Below are positions 44,302 to 55,900 of a DNA stretch of 64,000 bases, one piece after another. The position numbers and the translations under genes are program-made. Position 1 is the first letter of the stretch, and every line of letters starts with the position of its first letter. The notes beneath the pieces were generated by a model, which did no database searches, had not been told where the DNA came from, and saw nothing but the letters and a program-made list of their open reading frames with translations. The DNA is from Minutocellus sp. GHC0000111 (lineage: Eukaryota), in the NCBI GenBank assembly GCA_977018835.1, contig OZ361261.1, positions 744,001 to 808,000 of the forward strand, read 5' to 3'.

Positions 44302-46570
44302 CTACTATATAATGTTGTGAGGCGCTTCACTCGCTTTTGCCTTGAGAGCGATCGAGATCTGGACAAATGGACCACCGCCTTGCCGGTGTGGTATAAATGT
44401 TTCGGTGGTGGTCGAAGGCCGCCGCCGCCAAAAAATCGCAAACGCTGAGTACATTACCGGGAGGTTTGAAATTCTGTCTTTTCGTCGTCCGTCTCGGGCA
44501 CTCAATTTACTATGGGGTTTTGAATCAAAGAAGGATCGGGGTGGAACTCGAGAACGACGTTATAGAATCGGCTGTATCTTCTCTATGTGATTGTACACAT
44601 CATGGTTGAGAGGTGGATGGAATGGTATCAAAATTTTAACGATAGATCTTGAGATATCTTGGGGTTCTTTTCGGTATCTTTTGCTTAGTCGACTGAGTCA
44701 AGTCAATAGCTTCCGTCTTAAGTTCGGTACTTGTGCTCGTACAGAAGCACCCGCCGACCCATGATGCCATGCCGCCCCAAAAAGAACGATGGTGCCAGGA
44801 CCGCTGTTGCCTTCGTTTGCTGTTCACATCCCTCCCCTTTATCGCAAGCATGTATTCTACATCAATCGCTTTCCAGGCATGCCAGCTTATTTTGCCTCTC
44901 TCTTGAAATGACTTCATCGTCCTGCGCTGCCCTCTCGGGGTACTGGACGCTCGAAACTCCCGAAAGCAAAGTAGCGACGAGCTTACTTCTAGCTACGTAG
45001 CACTTGCCGGCCTCTCGGCAAACATGCTTGAGCTATCGCCAGTCAACGAAACCATCTGCCTTGTGTCTTCGTGTGAGTGAACAAGGATTTTAAGAACAAT
45101 CACCAATCGTTTCCAGCACATCTGTTGCTTCCGCTTGGCAAGGAGGTCCGGAAAAAATCTTCACTGCATCGCGACTTTTGAACTTCGATCTCGCGCGAAA
45201 AAGGTGGTGGGTGCTCAAGAGACTTCGATTACGCGGACAAGGGTGATATTGACGGCTCCTGTGGGACGAGTCATCACTTGTTACGTTGACGACACCGACT
45301 GAAAAAAGCACGAGCTTTGTTGATTGAGGACATTCGACGATTCAAAAAGTCGTTCTGATTCATCCACGTGCCAAGTTCTCAAGCCTTGAGACATATTTTG
45401 TTCATTTGAGCTTTGAGCGGCGTGCACAAGGTTTGTTTGTTCTGGGATAGAAGTGCTTGCAGCATTTACTTCCCATCTTGGCTGATTGGATGTTGTCAAT
45501 GCATTTGTACATGGCGAATCCAGAACTTGCTGTGCAGCAGATGCGTCTGGAACGCAGGAATTCCTACATAGGAATTCATAAATTGTCACATGTAATTTCG
45601 GCCAAGGGGATCGCAAGCTTGCGTAGTGATCCACTTGGCCCATCAAATTGTGCAGAGCAAAGTGAATATTTGGGTTAGCTCTACAGGTCTACACTTGTGT
45701 AACACATGTAGTTTACATAACAATTGTACATGTAACAGTCACATGTGGCACAGATCTAACTGATGCCACTTTTATCGATGGCACCACAACACGAATGAAT
45801 TGTGAGATCTGCAACAATGGATTTACAAGGTGCCGCCTCTTTTCATCTTTCTTTCCTCCAACAATGAAAAACCTACCACCGGTGCCGGTAGTCTCATAAC
45901 ATTAGAAATCGGCGTGTGAAGAACACGGTGCCGGTAGATCTAGATTGTGCATGTTAGTCTACTAGCTACGTAGCAGATCTTGATTCTACATGTAGTCGGT
46001 GCCAGTCTGCTGTCCTTCTCACCACTTCGTAGCAATCACGAAGTGCCCTCGGAGAGCGCGTGCTGACAATGGCGCCCACTCGACAGTGCTATGATCCATT
46101 CCATTTTACACGTACATGTAGCCGCACGTTCTTTGCACCTACTACGTACCTAGCTACGTAGTAAGGCCTTTGCTTGCGCCGATTGACATTTTCCCTCTGA
46201 ATTAGGCCGACCGTTGGCCTGGTAGGCCCCTGGTGAGGCCTCGTACTTTGGGATGAGTTTCCCCGAGGGCAATTGTATGGACTTTCCGATCCACTTTCTT
46301 CAACATACCAATTTTAATTGTAATAATTTGTCATTGAGACTGCATCTGAAATTACCACGTGGCACGCGCAATATTATGGGGCATCCGAAATGCAACACGT
46401 GAGAGCCATCGTCATCCATGCGGCTCCACAGCGGCTGGCGATGTTAGTGGGGCTATTACGTGGTTGCCGCGATTGTCACCCTCCGCGCGGTAGCCAAACG
46501 CTCACAGTCCAATTCCTCTCTCATAGATTCCCCGCGTGCGTTGCATACACGCACTAGTATTATTTCAACA

Positions 46571-47710
46571 ATGAATTCGACAATGATCCCCAACACGACC
46601 CCAAACACTTTCAGCCCTGGTGACCGTGGTGGAACAGATAAAAGGCCTACTCTTCCTACAACCGCTGCGACCATGCCGACCAACCAGAGCCTGAAACGTT
46701 CTTCATCCTCGGCAACCAAGCTCTGCCTGGCTGCTCCCAAGGTCGTGATCGATTCAGTCGCATCTGTGGCCCTCAAAATGAAAAGACGACTCTCGCTCAC
46801 TCGCATCGACAACAGCAACACCGAAAGCAAGAAAGTTCGCGAAGCATCAGCCGATGCCCCACAGCAGCCTGCTGGCAATGCTGAGTGGGGCACTGTCAGC
46901 TGCTCCGCCCTTCCAGCGGGATCAGCACTTACATCCCTCTTCTCGTCAGTCCTTGTCGATGCCAAGCACCAAAGAGGGAGCCTTCAACAAAAACAGGCCT
47001 CGGCTACATCAGTAGTGGCTACAAGCGCGCTGGTTGCTCCAGAACAAGCAAACAAGTCCACAACGCCTTACAAGCATACCATTATTTTTGGGGAGTCATC
47101 GTCGTCATCGATTTCCAACAATCAGCAAGATGCCACGAAAGAACTGATATCTTTCACTGATACAGTTCGAAACATCCTTCATTCTTGTTCCCCTTCGTCG
47201 TCCACCGAAACCTCAGACTACGCAAATTTCTTCACCAAGCCCACCGAGGAACAGATTGCAGCATATGATGCTCAGAAAACCACCGCCGTTCGCAATGGTG
47301 ACATGGCCACCCTCCGCTCTCTGCTCGAGGCCGGCGAAAATTTCAATTGCTGCAACAAATTTGGGGAATCTCTCATCCACATGGCCTGCCGTCGTGCCCA
47401 CATTGATGTCGTTCGTTTCCTACTCCAGGAAGCCAAGGTCTCCCTCAACGCCCGAGATGACTACGGACGCACTCCGTTGCATGACTGCTGCTGGCGTCCT
47501 TCTTCGAACTACGAGCTTATGGAACTACTCCTATCGGAGGTTGATCCACGCATCCTTTTTGTGAAAGATGTACGTGGTCACGCCCCCTTCGATTATTCAA
47601 GGAAGGATCAATGGGAAGGATGGAACGAGTTTCTCGAGTCTCGAAAAGAACTTCTTCTTTCGAGGCTTGAAGAAGTTACGAAAACTTCTTGTGAGCCTCA
47701 ACTTGGTTGA
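46571..47710 (+). CDS. Ankyrin-repeat protein
   Basis: CNKFGESLIHMACRR, DDYGRTPLHDCCW, DVRGHAPFDY. Confidence 0.85.
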   Translation: MNSTMIPNTTPNTFSPGDRGGTDKRPTLPTTAATMPTNQSLKRSSSSATKLCLAAPKVVIDSVASVALKMKRRLSLTRIDNSNTESKKVREASADAPQQPAGNAEWGTVSCSALPAGSALTSLFSSVLVDAKHQRGSLQQKQASATSVVATSALVAPEQANKSTTPYKHTIIFGESSSSSISNNQQDATKELISFTDTVRNILHSCSPSSSTETSDYANFFTKPTEEQIAAYDAQKTTAVRNGDMATLRSLLEAGENFNCCNKFGESLIHMACRRAHIDVVRFLLQEAKVSLNARDDYGRTPLHDCCWRPSSNYELMELLLSEVDPRILFVKDVRGHAPFDYSRKDQWEGWNEFLESRKELLLSRLEEVTKTSCEPQLG

Positions 47711-47828
47711 ACAATAGGGATCCCTATAGAATGATTTTTTTACATACTAAAATTGTAGATGCATAAAAGATTGTAGTTTTGCTTTTGCTTTGAAACTGCG
47801 TAGTGAGCTAGCTATAAATTACTCAAAA

Positions 47829-49640
47829 TTAAACTTGATCATCGTATGAAAGACGAATCCTTCTTTTGGCGCGCCACTCTTTGGGCAAAGTTCGCAAGCG
47901 AGATTCATACTTGTATCCCTTGACAAGAGTATTAGATTGGCATTGGGATTCGTATGTCGACTCTCCCCCCTCTTGTTCGTCGTCCTCCGCCTTGCACAGA
48001 ACCAGTTCATGCTGACCTTCTAATCGCAATCTTCCCTTGCCGTCGTGGCCCAAAACGACCAAATCGCAATTCTTTGGATTAGCTAAAGTATTGAACTGAT
48101 CGATGGAATAGCGAAAATATCGGGATAGCAATATGCGGATGGAAATGCCGTGCGTTACAAGGACGTAGTTCTGTGATCTCTTCAAGTCGAAGCTTCGCCA
48201 CAAGCTATCAAGAAATGTGCTAACACGATCATAAACATCTGACGCCGACTCTCCGTGTGGGAAACGGTAGTAAAATGTTCCGAACCGATGCCTCTCACGC
48301 TTGCATTTCTTGATGGCGACAGGGTCCTGGTAATTACCGAAATCCTGTTCTCTGATTCTCGGATCCTCGTGCCACGAAATTCCCATATCACTTAGGCGCC
48401 CATACCAAGCCTTCATTCGTTTCATTGGATCTTTGATGTGATCAAACTCCTTCGGATCGCACCAAGCCGAGAGGATGCCATGAAACGTCTCCACCGTTCG
48501 CACATATGGCGATACAATAAAATGAATTGATTCCCCCTGACCAATGACATTATTCTTCAATTCACGGCCAGACATCTTCGCTTGATCCCACCCCAACGCT
48601 GTGAGTTTCATGGCATTGTCGGGTGTAGTTGCGTAGAGCGATTCCTCCACATTGCCCTCCGATTGACCGTGCCGAATCAAAACAACCTTGTTGGGCATGA
48701 TGCGAGAATTGTACTCAGCCTTGGCAGATTCTCGTCGATTCAAGGCTCGTTTTTGTTCTATTGATTGTTGTTGCGCTAAGCCGGCCAAATCTGTCATGCT
48801 GGGTCCCATGTGCGACGATGAGCCGTCTGCAGTAGTGCTCTGAGTGGCCGTCGTTGATCTGCCACTGCTGTCAATGTCGGTAATAGTACCGTCATCTGTC
48901 GTCGGCTCGTTGTACGACATGCCATCATCGTCGGCACCCTCCACAAAGAAGCTCACTCCTCGTCCAAGAGTATTCAATACTCTGGCCAACCCCGAGGAAC
49001 CGACGTCGAAGTCGCCATCGTCGCAGCCCGTGTTGCCATCATCATCGGCCAATCCCTCCTCCTCTTCCTCTCCCTCCTCCTCCTCTTCCTCTCCCTCCTC
49101 CTCCTCTCCCTCTTGAATTGGGCTGCGCCTCAATCGAAGCTGTGCCCTCTTGGCTGCCGTGGCACCAGCCGAAGTCATCACGCCGCCACCCCAAGAATTG
49201 TCCCCACTGCTACTGCTGTGATAGTAATTTGCGACGGTCTGATCCACCTCATCATCGTCCATTTCATCTCCACCGAATATCCGAAAGGAAGAGCGCGGCG
49301 ATGGGTCGTCCCCGTCGTTGGCTGTAGAGGAGGCAATGCCATTGGATGTATCGGCACTGAAAGAAGCATGTCCATCGAAACTGATCCGCCTCGCCCGAAA
49401 GATGTTTCGTTGTTTGTAATAGCCATCCATACCGTCGGGTGATTCTGACCCCTTTACACCGTTGTACCGTCCCTCATTATTGGCTCCGTCATTTGCAGGA
49501 CGGTCCAGCCGACGTCTTCGTTTTATTGCCGCCTTTTCCCGCCTCTCACGGTACAAGACATACCGCCGGTGGAACAGAGCTGTGGCACAAAAAAGGGCGA
49601 GGCTACCACTGTCGGCGTATGATGCGCTGCTTGCACTCAT
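47829..49640 (-). CDS. Histidine phosphatase (phosphoglycerate mutase-like superfamily) with long acidic N-terminal extension
   Basis: LIRHGQSEGN, VSPYVRT, DPRIREQDFG, GESASDVYDR, LVTHG. Confidence 0.88.
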   Translation of the reverse strand: MSASSASYADSGSLALFCATALFHRRYVLYRERREKAAIKRRRRLDRPANDGANNEGRYNGVKGSESPDGMDGYYKQRNIFRARRISFDGHASFSADTSNGIASSTANDGDDPSPRSSFRIFGGDEMDDDEVDQTVANYYHSSSSGDNSWGGGVMTSAGATAAKRAQLRLRRSPIQEGEEEEGEEEEEEGEEEEEGLADDDGNTGCDDGDFDVGSSGLARVLNTLGRGVSFFVEGADDDGMSYNEPTTDDGTITDIDSSGRSTTATQSTTADGSSSHMGPSMTDLAGLAQQQSIEQKRALNRRESAKAEYNSRIMPNKVVLIRHGQSEGNVEESLYATTPDNAMKLTALGWDQAKMSGRELKNNVIGQGESIHFIVSPYVRTVETFHGILSAWCDPKEFDHIKDPMKRMKAWYGRLSDMGISWHEDPRIREQDFGNYQDPVAIKKCKRERHRFGTFYYRFPHGESASDVYDRVSTFLDSLWRSFDLKRSQNYVLVTHGISIRILLSRYFRYSIDQFNTLANPKNCDLVVLGHDGKGRLRLEGQHELVLCKAEDDEQEGGESTYESQCQSNTLVKGYKYESRLRTLPKEWRAKRRIRLSYDDQV

Positions 49641-50005
49641 TTGCTTGTTTGCGGTGCCTCTTACCCCGAGACTGCAATACTGCAATACCACAATACCACC
49701 CCACGACCCCACGCTGAGAAAAAAGCAATGAGGGTGTCGGTTTTAGAACCGAGACTGCAATAATTTACCACCCCTCGTCGCCCACGCGTTGAGAGTCAGA
49801 TGAGAGAAATGAGGGAATGAATCGGTTTTGGAAAACAAAAAAGGAAATCATAACACAAAGAGAAGAGAAGAAAAAAGACGCGACGCTGACGCACGATGTG
49901 TTGGCGCTTGAAAGGAAGCTCGATCGCTCATAATTGATTGGTTGTAACGAACCCGACCTCGTTGCCGGTGGTTCTACTGTATCACCCACAATATCACCAC
50001 CAATA

Positions 50006-50989
50006 ATGAGCACGCGTCAGATATCAGCTCTAATCTTGGCATCGGCCGGAGTGGCGAGCGGGTTCGCCCCGGTAAATCACATCGCCTCTTCGGCGCCGGC
50101 GGCGACAGCAGCAGCGAGCCTTGTGGAACAGTCCCCTCGGCTGGCAACGACCTCTCTGGAAATGGCCCGAAGGGGACGGCCCAAGGGTCCGCTCCGAACG
50201 ATTGTGGAGAAGCCCCCGATGAATGAGGAGATTGAATGCAACGAGCTGCGCGTGTCCATCATGAACACCGATGTTGATGGCGGCAAGGACGAAGCGCTCG
50301 GCGTCCTCCCCAAGGCCGAGGCTCTGGCCAAGGCCAAGGACCTTGGCGTCGACCTCATCCTCATCAACGCCGGTTCCGAACCCCCGGTCGCCAAGATCGC
50401 CGAATACTCCAAGTACCGCTACAACATGGAGAAGAAGTCCAAGGAGAAGAAGAAGAACGCCAAGTCCTCCGAGCTCAAGGAGGTCAAGATGTCGTACAAG
50501 ATCGACAAGCATGACTACGAGGTCCGGAAGAAGAACGCCTCCAAGTTCCTCAACCAGGGCAACCGCGTCAAGTGCACGGTCATGTTCCGCGGCAGAGAGA
50601 TCCAGCACGACGACCTCGGCCGGGATCTGCTCATCCAGCTGTCGGAGGACCTGACCAAGATCGCCACCATGGAGGGCCGCCCGAAGCGGGAGGGACGGAA
50701 CCTTTCGTGCTTCCTCATCCCCCGTGCCGAGGTCCTCAAGGCCATCGGCGACAAGAAGCGGGCGGACGAGAAGGCCAAAAAGGCCAAGAAGGGCGACAAG
50801 AACAAGAAGAAGAAGGGCGGATCGGACGATGGTATGGACGAAATCCTGAATGCGGCTGCCGGTGTCACGGAGGCCACAACTGCGGTTGCGGAGGCTGTTA
50901 AGCTGGACCTTGATGAGGATGACGATGATGATGAGTCTCTGGATGACCTTCTCGGTGGAGATGACTTGACCGATGATCTCTTTGGTTAA
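50006..50989 (+). CDS. infC: Plastid translation initiation factor IF-3
   Basis: Signal peptide ending ASG-FAP; PMNEEI, DLILI...PPVAKI...KYRY, KEVKMSYKIDKHDYEVR, VKCTVMFRGRE. Confidence 0.92.
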   Translation: MSTRQISALILASAGVASGFAPVNHIASSAPAATAAASLVEQSPRLATTSLEMARRGRPKGPLRTIVEKPPMNEEIECNELRVSIMNTDVDGGKDEALGVLPKAEALAKAKDLGVDLILINAGSEPPVAKIAEYSKYRYNMEKKSKEKKKNAKSSELKEVKMSYKIDKHDYEVRKKNASKFLNQGNRVKCTVMFRGREIQHDDLGRDLLIQLSEDLTKIATMEGRPKREGRNLSCFLIPRAEVLKAIGDKKRADEKAKKAKKGDKNKKKKGGSDDGMDEILNAAAGVTEATTAVAEAVKLDLDEDDDDDESLDDLLGGDDLTDDLFG

Positions 50990-51164
50990 TCAAGCATTGG
51001 AGTGGTCTTTCTGCGAATATCGGCAGCGGCCGATGTTGATGACTGCCGAGCTGTACCTGGTGTTCTTTGGACGTAGGGATAGGCATGCATGTAATCGCTT
51101 AAAATTCATGCGTGTTGTTTACTCTACAAGCAAGATACTCAATATTTTATACACACGTCTACCG

Positions 51165-52973
51165 CTACGACAAATCTATGTGATGAGTACAGAACCTTTC
51201 AAGCTGCTCTCGCGAGTGGGTCACAATTATCATCGTGGACCCCCTTTTCTTGAGGGCACTTTCAACCAATGCCTCAGAACGGGGGTCAAGAGATGCAGTC
51301 GGCTCGTCAAGTAACAGAACATCGCCTTCTAAGGCCAACGCTGATGACAAGATAGTCCTTGCAGCTTCGCCCCCAGAAAGGGATGATAGCGGTCTATCCA
51401 AAAGTTCCTCGTCAAGGCCAAGCTCTTTGGTTGCAATATCTTTAATATTGGAACCACAATAAGCTTCATCGACGTTGTTCTTGACACTGCTGAAGCCTCG
51501 AATTTGTCGATGTAGATCCATGGTTGTGCCGGCTACCGCAGCGCGATCTTGCGACACCCATGTTATTCTTCTTCTCCAATTTGGACAGCCATATGCTTCT
51601 GGTTCGCTGCCATACAAAAGCATTTTACCATTTTCGCCCCCATTTTTACCTTCCAATAATGCCAGACGACGCAAGAGACTAGTTTTTCCTGTGCCAGATT
51701 GTCCCGTAATACCCAGAATGTCGCCTTTGCGAAGAGTGAAAGATACATGGTAGTTCGTGCGTGGTACCGAGATCGATGATACCTCCATTACGATAGGTCG
51801 AGTCTCATCGTCGATACTATTGATACGGGTGCTCTCAATCTTCCTTGACTCGGATATTAATGCTCCCTTTGCATTTGATGATTGTTCTCCGTTGGTATCC
51901 CCACTTCTTGACGGTTCTGTAGTTACTGATTTACCCCAACCTTCACATATTCGTTGCCATTTCGAATCAAAAGCAGTCCTTGTAATCAGTCTGGACATGA
52001 CATAGGCACTGAGGCTACTCGCGCTTGCAAGCAAAGCCATTACATTGGCCTGACTTCTCCCGGCCGATCCAGGATCCATACCCGCCAAGATACTTCCAGA
52101 CATTACTCCTGGAATGTGTACTAGGCCGCAGACGCTCAAGCTGTTGATGGTGGGTGTTAGGGCAGATGTCAATGAGGATGTGAGAGTTGGCGAAATGGCC
52201 TCGGTGACGCTGGCTCCTCGTGCCAAGAGCATGTCGATATTGGATTTTGATTCAGTCAAGGCTGTTATTAGATTGGACGTCAGCAAGGCCAATGCCGTTA
52301 CAGAATTGCCCAGAACGAGACCCCAAAGTGGAATGATCCGCTTGGCATCCAATGATGACCTCGTCACGAAAGCTGCAGCAGCCGATGGTGATGATAGTGA
52401 AAATAATGTCGGCAAGTTGGCCATTAGTAAAGAACCACCACATCCCACCAATAAACTAAGCAGGGCATGTCGTTTCAACCTTGGATATGTTTGCTTGCAT
52501 CTGGTTGAGGCCTCTCGCGCTGCAATGGCCCCCAACGCCGCGAGATAGGGCAGCACAATTGCAGGATTGGACTGATGAAACAGGAACGAGAGGACTAAAC
52601 CACCCAGCAAGGACAGCTGCAGAAGCGCCCGAGAGGATGCGACGAGAAGCGATCGCGAAAGACCGTATGGGCGCAATATCAGTAGTGGTATTATCAAGGG
52701 AAGAATGTATGGAAGATACTGAGAGACTGCTTTGGGAAACAATGAAATGAGGGATGTTGCAGAGCTGCTACTAGTGCCTGCACCGCCTCGGATGGTCCAG
52801 ATCGCCGACGAGGGCAGCGATGAAAGAGATGAGGCATAATGTCGGGTGAAGACAGATGCTTCAGTGGTCGGTAGTGCAGCATATCTCCTCGTGTTTACAT
52901 GTGGCACTGAAGCGAAGGCGGAAGGTATCGGTATTTGGGCAACCATGCCATCCCTTGGAGCGGCAAGCATCAT
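51165..52973 (-). CDS. Fused ABC transporter: UPF0014 (FetB/STAR2/ALS3-like) permease + ATPase (FetA/STAR1-like)
   Basis: Permease motifs RALLQL, IIPLWGLVLGNS, LARGAS, GLVHIPGVMSGSILAG. ATPase Walker A GQSGTGKT, LSGGE signature, Walker B LLLDEPT, and VTH. Confidence 0.85.
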   Translation of the reverse strand: MMLAAPRDGMVAQIPIPSAFASVPHVNTRRYAALPTTEASVFTRHYASSLSSLPSSAIWTIRGGAGTSSSSATSLISLFPKAVSQYLPYILPLIIPLLILRPYGLSRSLLVASSRALLQLSLLGGLVLSFLFHQSNPAIVLPYLAALGAIAAREASTRCKQTYPRLKRHALLSLLVGCGGSLLMANLPTLFSLSSPSAAAAFVTRSSLDAKRIIPLWGLVLGNSVTALALLTSNLITALTESKSNIDMLLARGASVTEAISPTLTSSLTSALTPTINSLSVCGLVHIPGVMSGSILAGMDPGSAGRSQANVMALLASASSLSAYVMSRLITRTAFDSKWQRICEGWGKSVTTEPSRSGDTNGEQSSNAKGALISESRKIESTRINSIDDETRPIVMEVSSISVPRTNYHVSFTLRKGDILGITGQSGTGKTSLLRRLALLEGKNGGENGKMLLYGSEPEAYGCPNWRRRITWVSQDRAAVAGTTMDLHRQIRGFSSVKNNVDEAYCGSNIKDIATKELGLDEELLDRPLSSLSGGEAARTILSSALALEGDVLLLDEPTASLDPRSEALVESALKKRGSTMIIVTHSREQLERFCTHHIDLS

Positions 52974-53336
52974 AGCTTCATGGCAATAGGCACATGGCAA
53001 AATGCAAATTGCGGGGGATGCTCCTTTTCTTTAGATCCGCAATATTTTACAACACGTTCCCGGAATTACCCCCTTTCATCCGGAACCGACCTCGCTTGAC
53101 CTATTTTTCACTTTTATGTGGGATTTTGTCGCGTAAAGTTGAAATGAATTGCAGCATCTCCGGAGAAGTCATTTCCCCTTTTTGCTTTCGTAATAGACAA
53201 CCTGGAACAAAAGCCCAAATTTCTCATTTCACCTCTGTTGATGCAGGGGCTGGTTGGTGCATGCTTTATTATCTCGCATCTCGCTGCGTGGCCATTTATT
53301 TGCTCGCTACATGCATCACGTACATAGCTTCACCAC

Positions 53337-53918
53337 ATGTTGTCGGAAGTGGTGAATGCTCTATTTGTCACGTATCTGGCCACTGAAATCCAGCTCGCCG
53401 ATGATGATCAAACCAGCACCGATCGGGTCCAGCATGTGCTGCAGTCCAAGGTGACGCAGGCCATCAGCACCGGCGTGGTCATTGTCAACCTAGCCGTCCG
53501 TCTTCACATCCATATATCTGGTTCGGCTTTATTGTCAGCGGCAGGCTCGGCGGTATCCTTTGCATCTCACGCACCCAAGATTTTGTTCGCGGCGATAGCC
53601 TACGTCATCGCGCTGTATTTCGATTGTAGGAGAAGCAAGAAGGATTTGGCGGTGGGAGATTTTCTCAAGAGTGTAGGGGTCCAGTTCTGCCGGGTTGCAC
53701 CGGTCTACCCCTTTCTTGCGGTGATGATTTCATTTCTTTTCCTTTTCATCATTAGTGCCTTCGAGGCTTTGCATTTACCACTGGAATTATTGAACATGCC
53801 GATCTACTACGGCACATTGTATGGTCCCTTCTCTTGGATATATTACATGGTGAAAAAGAGAATAGTGGAAAGCAGTTTGTCGCTTCCCAGTACAATGACG
53901 GCGTACTATGCAAGATAG
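53337..53918 (+). CDS. Hypothetical multi-pass membrane protein
   Basis: 193-aa ORF with 3-4 hydrophobic segments. Confidence 0.6.
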   Translation: MLSEVVNALFVTYLATEIQLADDDQTSTDRVQHVLQSKVTQAISTGVVIVNLAVRLHIHISGSALLSAAGSAVSFASHAPKILFAAIAYVIALYFDCRRSKKDLAVGDFLKSVGVQFCRVAPVYPFLAVMISFLFLFIISAFEALHLPLELLNMPIYYGTLYGPFSWIYYMVKKRIVESSLSLPSTMTAYYAR

Positions 53919-54008
53919 CACGAGGAGCAACAAATTAGCTGGGTACCTAGGTACGTTCTATGGAATACTTCGATTTTGAACTTTGAATTCTAGAAGTTAG
54001 CGTATCAA

Positions 54009-55414
54009 CTAAATATCATCAAGAATTGAGGGAGCAAAGACGGCCTTCCAGCGGGAAATGGAGTGCTGCTTCGCTGCCATAGTTTCAGCGCGAATCATGA
54101 CAACCTCTTCTATCAGCAAATCTGGCACTCCAGTGTAACTCGGTAGAGCTGCGGCCGCGAGCCCAAATAAAGATAGTCCTGGGAAATCTATCTTGCTTCC
54201 GTTCTCTTTGACATACTCTTCTATCAATGCTGCCGTCTTGGTAAAGCCGTGACGTCGAGCAGCATCAGCAACGCCATTGTCGTGATGGTCACAGGCATAG
54301 CAGCAGCGGTGTCTATGGTCCGCACCAAGACGGAGCAAAAGATTAACCATAAAGTCGTCCCCTCTTCGAGCGCATGCCATGAGGGCGGAATCGCCATTCC
54401 AATTCCAAGATTTTTCATACCCTCCCATCTTCCACTCGGTCTCCTCCCAGGTCAAGCTTCCCTCTAGATGTGCACCTTGCCCAAGGAGTGCTAGGACCAT
54501 TTCTACATTACCGCTGCGAGCAAATCTGACAAGTGGCGGGTCGACGCCGTTTGAGCTTCGCGAACGGAGAAAGACCTTGAGCACGTCCTGACAATCGCTT
54601 TTGTCAATGTATCGCAAACGTATGATCCGTCGGAGTCTTAGTACTTTTCGAGATCGTCGTCGTCCTCTTTAGGATAAGGATCCTCACTTTGCATGTCGTC
54701 CCAAACATCCGTAGACCCGTATGAATAACCATCGCCCCTACGCGTATTGGCAAGTACACGCAAATCTGCCAGCAAAGGAGGCCCAAATGGGCGCTCACCA
54801 CCATCATTGTAGCCGTATTGAACAATGCTTTCGGCCAGCGCCCTGCAGTCCTCCTCGGTATCCGGTACCTCGTACGCACATAGCTGGGAGTACGACGAAC
54901 GTCCATTGCCGCCGCACTTAGCAAGATCGATTGATGGATAGCCGGAATCCTCCTTCTTGCGACGCTTCTTCAGAATATGATCGATGATGACCTGTCGGAT
55001 GGCTTTGTAGCGCTTCTCCTTCGGCGTATCAATCCCTAATTGGTGCGAAACCTCGTCAAAGGCATCCTCGAGCTCTTGGCATACTCGCTCGAGAGGCGAG
55101 AGGGTTGATGGCGATGGCGAACCTCGATAATATTGCCGCTGTTGCATCTTCTTCTGCCTCGGCGGCTCAAAGATTCCTGAATCATCCATGTACGGAGTAC
55201 TAGTAGAAGCACCGGCATTTGCTGCCTTTCGCTTGCCGCTGGAGGAACCAGTTGCTGCTACTGCATAGTAGGAGGAGGCGGCGGCATTGCCCATGCCATT
55301 TTTGCTCTTGTTCTTGTGCTTGTTGCAGCCACCGCCACTGCAGCAGATGCCGCACTGGAGATTGATGCTCTTGTTCGACGCCTGGTTTTTGCCGCATATT
55401 CCACAAAGCGGCAT
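54009..55414 (-). CDS. Cys-rich N-terminal + ankyrin-like protein, split by an apparent 1-nt deletion
   Basis: N-terminal CGIC...CGICC...C-x-x-H; ankyrin-like PLVRFARSGNVEMVLALLGQGA and GDSALMACARRG. One extra A in the run at 54645-54648 joins the two ORFs (LEKVLRLRRIIRLRYID). Confidence 0.6.
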
Positions 55415-55900
55415 GGTTCACTCGCGTCAAGAAAGGTTGCGGGGGGCGACGATACGCCGGTGGGGTAGGATCCCTATCTTGCATGCATGCCTTTCCGCAG
55501 CAGCAAGCTTCGCATTTGCTTCATTTTTGCCAGCACCCGTCCGTCCGTCGTCTCGCTCGCCCGGCCGGCATGCTCAGAGTCAGATTCATTCGAGAAAATA
55601 ACGACACAATACAGGTCCGCTCCTCCCTCACTCTTCCTTCCTTGCCTCCACGGACTCCCACCAGCACAGCACGGCACATTGCACATCTCTGTGCGTTCAC
55701 CTGAGGTTGCCTCCTTTTGCTTTGGGGTCCAAACACATCGTATCTCATCGGATTCGCCGCGACCCCGAGAAGATAAATTTTAGATCGTGTTTTTTTTTTG
55801 GTGACTCAATCTCGGTCGGTCGGTGTTGATTGAACTTGGCCCGTAGATCCTCTTCGCCTACTCCACCGGTTAACAACGACAACAAACAGTAATATCCACC

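Noticed and set aside
44600..46400. Short ORFs in a ~2-kb gap (e.g. 45281..45646)
   Set aside because: No motifs or codon bias recognised; may be decayed sequence but unsupported.
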